Assembly (NCBI RefSeq): GCF_030373445.1 | Contig: NZ_JAUCYU010000007.1 | Span: 94,215 to 158,214, forward strand | DNA: 64,000 nt | Source: Roseovarius sp. | Lineage (GTDB): Bacteria; Pseudomonadota; Alphaproteobacteria; Rhodobacterales; Rhodobacteraceae | Direction of reading: 5' to 3' | Shown here: in pieces, positions 58,858-64,000 of the stretch | Position numbering within the stretch: position 1 is the stretch's first letter | Layout: every line of letters begins with the position of its first letter | The notes under the pieces: model-generated | Told to the model about the DNA's origin: nothing | Database searches by the model: none | Seen by the model: the letters and a program-made list of their open reading frames with translations, nothing else | Translations under genes and position numbers: made by a program

Positions 58858-60789
58858 CTAAGCGTCTCCGCCCCGGATCCGTTCCATCCGGTCGCGCATT
58901 TCCGCCTCCCATACGCCCCGACGCGAGCGGACAAGCTCCACATAAGCCGTGTTCTCGTGCAACGGAACGCCGCTGTCATAGGCCTCCGCCGCCTCCAGCA
59001 TCGCAGCCTGGTCGGTCTCGACGAAAGCGTCGATCATCTTCTGGGCGACATCCCGCTCGATCCCCAGCGCCTCGAAGACCGAGCGGCTCATCCGCATGGA
59101 GCTGTCGAAGGTCTCGCGGATGATATCGCGGCAGCCCAGGGTCCACAGCTCGTAGACGTGATCCCGGTCGACGGCGCGCGCCACGATATGCACCTGCGGA
59201 TAGGTATGCGTGACATGCCTGACGATCTCGTTGATCTGCGCGCGGTCGTCGATGGCGACGATCAGCATCTTCGCGGCGCCGATGCCCGCCGCGTGCAGCA
59301 GGTCGGGGCGCGAGGCGTCGCCGTAATAGTGCCGCGTGCCGAACCGCTCGAGGATATCGAGCCGCCGCGCGTTGTAGTCGATCACCGTCGTTCTCAGCCC
59401 CGCCGCCTTTATCACCCGATCGATCAGCCCGCCCATCCGGCCGGCACCGGCGATGATGACCTGCGTGTCGCTCGGCATCTCGTCGGCCTCGCGCTCCTGC
59501 ACGGTGGAAAAGCGCGGGGCGATCACCCGGTCGTAGAGGATGAAGAGGCCCGGTGTCAGGAGCATCGACAGCGCCACCACCAGCAGAAGCTGATCCGCGA
59601 GCCCTGTCGGAATGACCCCGTTGGCCACGGTGAAGGACAAAAGGACGAAGCCGAACTCCCCCGCCTGCGCCAGCCCCAGCGCGAACAGCCACCGGTCGGC
59701 CCCCCGTATCCGGAACACCACCGCCAGCACCAGCAGCACCGCCACCTTCGCCCCCATCAGGCCGATGGTCATGGCGAGGATGCCGAACAGGTTCTCGAAC
59801 AGCAGCGCGAAGTTGATCGAGGCGCCCACCGTCATGAAGAACAACCCCAGCAGCAGCCCCCGGAAGGGGTCGATATCGCTTTCGAGCTCGTGCCGGTAGG
59901 GCGAGTTGGCCAGCACCACGCCGGCCAGGAACGTCCCCAGCGCCGGCGACAACCCCACCACCAGCATCAGCAGCGCGATGCCCACCACCATCAGGAGGGC
60001 CGTCGCGGTGAACAGCTCGCGCAGACCGGCCGCCGCGATGAAGCGGAAAACCGGGGTGGTCAGGTACGACCCCCCGATCACCACCGCCGCCACCGCCGCG
60101 AAGGTCACCAGCGCCGTCTGCCAGCCGGAAAGCCCGTCGACGAGGTTGATCGCCGGGCCGTGATCGCCGTCCTCCGCCGCCCCGTTCGCGGCCCCGTGCG
60201 CCGCCTCTTCCGCGCCATGGGCCACCGCCGCCGCGTGATCCGCCAGTTCCGGCATCGCCAGGAGCGGCAGGAAGGCCAGCATCGGAATCACCGCGATATC
60301 CTGCGTCAGCAGCACCGCGAAGGAAGACTGCCCGCCATCGGATTTCATCAGCCCCTTCTCGCCCAGCGTCTGCAGCACGATGGCGGTCGAGGACAGCGCG
60401 AACACCAGCCCCACCGCCAGCGCCACCGACCAGTCGAGCCCCAGCACGATCCCCGCGCCCGCCACGAGCGCGGTGGTCAGCCCGACCTGCCCGCCGCCCA
60501 GCCCCATCAGCCGCCCGCGCATCGACCACAGGTGCTTCGGCTCAAGCTCCAGCCCGACGAGGAACAGCATCATCACCACGCCGAACTCGGCGAAATGCTG
60601 GATCGAGACCACGTCGACCCGCAGAAGCGCCAGCACCGGGCTGATCACGATCCCCGCGATCAGGTAGCCCAGCACCGAGCCCAGCCCCAGCCGCGTCGCA
60701 ATCGGCACAGAGATCACGCCCGCCACGAGGAAGATGAACGCCAGCAGCAGAAAATCGGTCATGTCCTGTCCCCCGTCCTGTCCGGGCAC
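58858..60789 (-). CDS. Glutathione-regulated K+ efflux / CPA2 cation:proton antiporter with RCK (TrkA-N) domain (KefB/KefC-like)
   Basis: About 13 TM segments (GSVLGYLIAGIVISP, FLVGLELE, LLTQDIAVIPML). Has an insert rich in His/Ala, and the RCK motif VIIAGAGRMGG. The start may be 60762 (MTDFLLL). Confidence 0.85.
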   Translation of the reverse strand: MPGQDGGQDMTDFLLLAFIFLVAGVISVPIATRLGLGSVLGYLIAGIVISPVLALLRVDVVSIQHFAEFGVVMMLFLVGLELEPKHLWSMRGRLMGLGGGQVGLTTALVAGAGIVLGLDWSVALAVGLVFALSSTAIVLQTLGEKGLMKSDGGQSSFAVLLTQDIAVIPMLAFLPLLAMPELADHAAAVAHGAEEAAHGAANGAAEDGDHGPAINLVDGLSGWQTALVTFAAVAAVVIGGSYLTTPVFRFIAAAGLRELFTATALLMVVGIALLMLVVGLSPALGTFLAGVVLANSPYRHELESDIDPFRGLLLGLFFMTVGASINFALLFENLFGILAMTIGLMGAKVAVLLVLAVVFRIRGADRWLFALGLAQAGEFGFVLLSFTVANGVIPTGLADQLLLVVALSMLLTPGLFILYDRVIAPRFSTVQEREADEMPSDTQVIIAGAGRMGGLIDRVIKAAGLRTTVIDYNARRLDILERFGTRHYYGDASRPDLLHAAGIGAAKMLIVAIDDRAQINEIVRHVTHTYPQVHIVARAVDRDHVYELWTLGCRDIIRETFDSSMRMSRSVFEALGIERDVAQKMIDAFVETDQAAMLEAAEAYDSGVPLHENTAYVELVRSRRGVWEAEMRDRMERIRGGDA

Positions 60790-60908
60790 ACACCCCCCGC
60801 ACGCCTAGGATTAGCCGCCCTGCCCCCTGCCGCAAGGCAGAAATCCCCGGAACATGGCCGCCGGGGGTTTGGTTGGGCGGACAGGAGAAGGAAAACGGAG
60901 GACCCCAG

Positions 60909-62357
60909 ATGAAACGCACAGCACCCCGCGCCACCCTCGTGGCTGCGGCCCTTGCCGCCGGGGCCGGCATGGCAAGCGCACAAAGCGCCTGCGGCACGTC
61001 CTACGCGATCGAGCCGGGCGACACGCTCTACCAGGTCTCGCAGCGCTGCGACGTGGGCCTGACCCGGATCATGACGCTCAACCCGAACATCAACGCGCGG
61101 GACCTTTCGGTCGGCCAGAGCATCCGCCTGACCGGCGGCACAAGCGCCGGGGGCGAGACCAGCAACAGCGACGGCACCCGCCGGGGCGCCGAGACCTACC
61201 GCGTGGGCCAGGGCGAAACCCTCTATTCCATCGCCCAGGCGGTCGGCGTGTCGATCATCGAACTGCTCAATGCCAACGGCGATATCGACCCTGCCGACCT
61301 GCGCGTGGGCGAGATCATCGACATTCCCACCGAGGACCCTTCGGCCGCCGTGCGGATCACCCCCGACAGCGGCCCGCCCGAGACGCAGGTGACCCTGCGC
61401 GCCCGCAACCTGCGGCCCGATGACTGGGTCACGATCGGCGTCGGCCGGGTCTCGTCGGAATGGCGCGCCGTGGGCCAGGCCCGCGCCAATGGCGAGGGCA
61501 ACCTCTCGGCGCAAGTCGGCCTGCCCGACTGGGCCGACCCGGGAGACGACCTGATCTACGTGCTGGATACTGACCGAGGCATGTCCCTCAAGTCCGGCCG
61601 CTTCGACGTGACCGGGCGCGACCGCGAGCGCGACACCGGCGGCGACGGGCGCATCACGCTGGAAGGTCGCGTACGCCAGGGCGCCGAATGTGCCACGCTG
61701 ACCACGGTCGACGGCGACACCTGGTCGCTCACCAGCGCCGATATCGACTTCACCTCCGGCGAATATGTCCGCGTCTCGGGCACCCGCGCCGACATGTCCT
61801 TTTGCCAGCAGGGCATCGGCACGGTCGAGGTCGCCCGCCTGAACGAGATCGCGCCGGGCGGCGATGACGGTCGCGACCGCGAGGAAGACGACGGGCGCGA
61901 CACCGACATGCTCACCCTCGAAGGCCGCGTCGGCGAGGGCGCCGAATGCGCCACGCTGACCACGTCGGACGGCGACGTGTGGTCCCTCACCAGCGCCGAT
62001 GTCGATTTCACCGCCGACGAATACGTCCGCGTGCGCGGTGCCCGCAAGGCCGCCGCCTTCTGCCAGCAGGGGCTGGGCACCGTCGACGTCATCCGCCTGA
62101 CCGAGATCGACCGCGACGGCGGCGGCGGGGAGGCCCCCCGTAACGACCGCGTCACGCTGGAAGGCCGCGTTAGCCAAGGCGTCGAATGCATGGTCCTGCG
62201 CACCAGCGACGGCGACACATGGTCCCTGACCAGCGACGACGTCCGCTTCACCGAAGGCGAATACGTCGAGGTGAGCGGCACCCGCGCCGACATGTCATTC
62301 TGCCAGCAGGGCACCGGCACGGTCGACGTCAACCGCATCAGAGAAGTGCCCAGCTAA
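60909..62357 (+). CDS. Secreted protein with 2 LysM domains, a middle domain and 3 repeated ~66-aa two-Cys modules
   Basis: ATG 60909. Signal MKRTAPRATLVAAALAAGAGMASAQ. LysM 1: YAIEPGDTLYQVSQRC...VGQSIRL. LysM 2: YRVGQGETLYSIAQAV...VGEIIDIP. Three modules of the form TLEGRV.QG.EC..L.T.DGD.WSLTS.D..FT..EYV.V.G....SFCQQG.GTV.V.R..E. Confidence 0.8.
   Translation: MKRTAPRATLVAAALAAGAGMASAQSACGTSYAIEPGDTLYQVSQRCDVGLTRIMTLNPNINARDLSVGQSIRLTGGTSAGGETSNSDGTRRGAETYRVGQGETLYSIAQAVGVSIIELLNANGDIDPADLRVGEIIDIPTEDPSAAVRITPDSGPPETQVTLRARNLRPDDWVTIGVGRVSSEWRAVGQARANGEGNLSAQVGLPDWADPGDDLIYVLDTDRGMSLKSGRFDVTGRDRERDTGGDGRITLEGRVRQGAECATLTTVDGDTWSLTSADIDFTSGEYVRVSGTRADMSFCQQGIGTVEVARLNEIAPGGDDGRDREEDDGRDTDMLTLEGRVGEGAECATLTTSDGDVWSLTSADVDFTADEYVRVRGARKAAAFCQQGLGTVDVIRLTEIDRDGGGGEAPRNDRVTLEGRVSQGVECMVLRTSDGDTWSLTSDDVRFTEGEYVEVSGTRADMSFCQQGTGTVDVNRIREVPS
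61653..62345 (+). repeat. Intragenic tandem repeat: three coding modules (61653-61850, 61911-62108, 62151-62345)
   Basis: The modules are also recognisably similar at the DNA level (e.g. GGCGCCGAATG(T/C)GCCACGCTGACCACG, CTCACCAGCGCCGAT, TGCCAGCAGGG). Confidence 0.85.
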
Positions 62358-62380
62358 GGGCGCCGATTTGAAACCTCACA

Positions 62381-62410
62381 GGGCCGGTCATCGCGACCGG
62401 CCCTTTTTTT
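62381..62410 (+). terminator. Rho-independent terminator of the LysM-protein gene
   Basis: GGGCCGGTC-ATCGC-GACCGGCCC followed by TTTTTTT. Confidence 0.8.
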
Positions 62411-62429
62411 GCGGGTCAGACGCCAGCTA

Positions 62430-62650
62430 GGAACCTTTCGCAGACATCGCCACGAAGCGCCTGCGCGGAATCCAGGGCTTTAGCCCGCCGCGCATCGACG
62501 GGCCGTCCCGACGGCACGGCGATTTGGCAATTGAATTGCCACGCACGAAGGATGGAGGCACTTGGCAGACATAAACTGCCCCTCACTATCGTCGGTTCGC
62601 CGTACCACGGCCCGTCGATGCGCGGCTCCTCACCGTTGAGCGAAACGCCC
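62430..62650 (+). repeat. Dispersed ~220-nt hairpin-rich intergenic element, copy 2 (possible ncRNA or gap leader)
   Basis: The plus strand aligns with the minus strand of 9495-9712 (see copy 1). Contains hairpins GGGC-TTTA-GCCC nested in GCGCGG...CCGCGC, and GCCGTC-CC-GACGGC. Lies between a strong terminator and gap. Confidence 0.75.
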
Positions 62651-62828
62651 GCGCTGGGCGCTCCCCTTAAACTCAGCCCCCCACCACGTTAGCGCCACCA
62701 TAAGCGCATCCCCGCCACACCCCGGCTACGTTATCGCTATCACTTTGATAAAGGCCGATTTTCACCTTTCTCTGCGCCCGCCCCGCGTCTATATCGCGGC
62801 CAACATCCACGCACCGGGAGTCTGCCTC

Positions 62829-63830
62829 ATGACCATCACCGTCGGCATCAACGGGTTCGGCCGGATCGGCCGCTGCACCCTCGCCCATATCGCCACCAGC
62901 ACGCGCAACGACATCAAGGTCGTGAAGGTCAACGCCACCGGCCCGCTGGACACCGCCGCGCACCTGATCAAGTATGATAGCGTCCACGGCCGCTTCCCCA
63001 ACGAGATCACGCTGGGCGACGGCACCATGGACCTGGGCCGCGGCCCGATGGAGATGTTCTCGACCTACGAGATGGACGAGCTCGACTGGTCCGGCGTCGA
63101 CGTGGTGCTCGAATGCACAGGAAAGTTCAACGACGGTGAAAAGGCCAAGGCCCACCTGGAACGCGGCGCCGGCAAGGTGCTGCTCTCGGCCCCCGGCAAG
63201 AATGTGGACCGCACCGTGGTCTACGGCGTCAACCACGAGGACCTGGCCGCCGGCGAGAAGATGATCTCGAACGGGTCCTGCACCACCAACTGCCTCGCGC
63301 CCGTCGCCAAGGTCCTGCACGAGGGGATCGGCATCGAAAGCGGGATCATGACCACGATCCATGCCTATACCGGTGACCAGCCGACGCTCGACCGCCGGCA
63401 CAAGGATCTCTACCGCGCCCGCGCGGCGGCGATGTCGATGATCCCCACCTCCACCGGTGCCGCCAAGGCGCTGGGCGAGGTGCTGCCCGACCTCAAGGGC
63501 AAGCTCGACGGCTCGGCCATCCGCGTGCCGACGCCCAACGTCTCGGCCGTCGACCTGACCTTCATCGCCAAGAAGGACGTGACCGAGGCCGACGTGAACG
63601 AAGTCGTCGCCGAAGCGGCAGCGGGCCGGATGAAGGGCGTTCTGGGCTATGACCCCGAGCCCAAGGTCTCGATCGACTTCAACCATACCGAGGAAAGCTC
63701 GATTTTCGCCCCCGACCAGACCAAGGTCACCGGCGGCCGCCTTGTCCGCGTGCTGGCCTGGTACGACAACGAATGGGGCTTCTCCTGCCGCATGGCCGAC
63801 GTGGCCGTCGCCATGGGCCGGCTGTCCTGA
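62829..63830 (+). CDS. gap: Glyceraldehyde-3-phosphate dehydrogenase
   Basis: ATG 62829. INGFGRIGR, catalytic SNGSCTTNCLAP, and WYDNEWGFS. Confidence 0.95.
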   Translation: MTITVGINGFGRIGRCTLAHIATSTRNDIKVVKVNATGPLDTAAHLIKYDSVHGRFPNEITLGDGTMDLGRGPMEMFSTYEMDELDWSGVDVVLECTGKFNDGEKAKAHLERGAGKVLLSAPGKNVDRTVVYGVNHEDLAAGEKMISNGSCTTNCLAPVAKVLHEGIGIESGIMTTIHAYTGDQPTLDRRHKDLYRARAAAMSMIPTSTGAAKALGEVLPDLKGKLDGSAIRVPTPNVSAVDLTFIAKKDVTEADVNEVVAEAAAGRMKGVLGYDPEPKVSIDFNHTEESSIFAPDQTKVTGGRLVRVLAWYDNEWGFSCRMADVAVAMGRLS

Positions 63831-63862
63831 GCTGACGGGCGACCGACAGCCGCAAGAATTGT

Positions 63863-63895
63863 GACGCCCTCGCAAACCACCGCGGGGGCGTTTTC
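63863..63895 (+). terminator. Possible terminator of gap
   Basis: ACGCCC...GGGCGT stem followed by TTTT (63891-63894). The stem is imperfect. Confidence 0.5.
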
Positions 63896-64000
63896 CGTTC
63901 CCCCGTTGCCCGCCGCTCAACCCTTGCACGCCAGCCCCGCCTCGGGCATATCCGGCAGACACGTGCCAGGCGGGCCCGGGGGCAAGTACATGAACAACCA

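Overview
This is a 64-kb, visibly high-GC chromosomal segment. Its gene content looks alphaproteobacterial and most like a marine Rhodobacteraceae genome (ChpT, DUF3553, OlsBA, a DddQ-like cupin, serine-cycle genes). I support about 58 protein genes, 2 tRNAs, 1 cobalamin riboswitch, several terminators and several non-coding repeat families.

Gene order:
- Cobalamin-riboswitch-controlled btuB-type uptake operon (1-4295, minus strand).
- Divergent Fe-siderophore ABC uptake operon ending in a siderophore-interacting reductase (4535-9345).
- TonB-dependent siderophore receptor, AraC regulator and ABC exporter (9776-14749).
- Aldehyde dehydrogenase, DUF1036 protein and a LuxR-type regulator with a degenerate receiver domain.
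- Serine-cycle/glyoxylate module: sga, hydroxypyruvate reductase, small ORF, mcl, mtkAB (18073-23864).
- Housekeeping genes: trmJ-like, ctaA, M32 carboxypeptidase, thiE-like, olsBA, chpT, proAB, obg, rpmA, rplU, guaB, rpmH-rnpA-yidD, tkt, gap.
- Assorted enzymes and membrane proteins, including a membrane-anchored RTX protein, DUF808, KefB/C and a LysM protein with three repeated Cys-containing modules.

I found no transposase, integrase, CRISPR/cas, toxin-antitoxin or recognisable defence genes, and no convincing novel multi-gene protein system.

The least explained signals are non-coding:
1. Three abutting perfect 24-bp palindromes plus a degenerate fourth at 20532-20629, inside the serine-cycle cluster. 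A similar 24-bp-phased palindrome pair sits at 43967-44013.
2. A roughly 220-nt hairpin-rich intergenic element present twice (9495-9712 on the minus strand, 62430-62650 on the plus strand).
3. An 11-bp x 4 direct-repeat array present twice in opposite orientation (9390-9433 and 29319-29361).

All family names come from motifs I recognise by eye. No database search was run. Many long ORFs in the six-frame track are antisense GC artefacts and were rejected.
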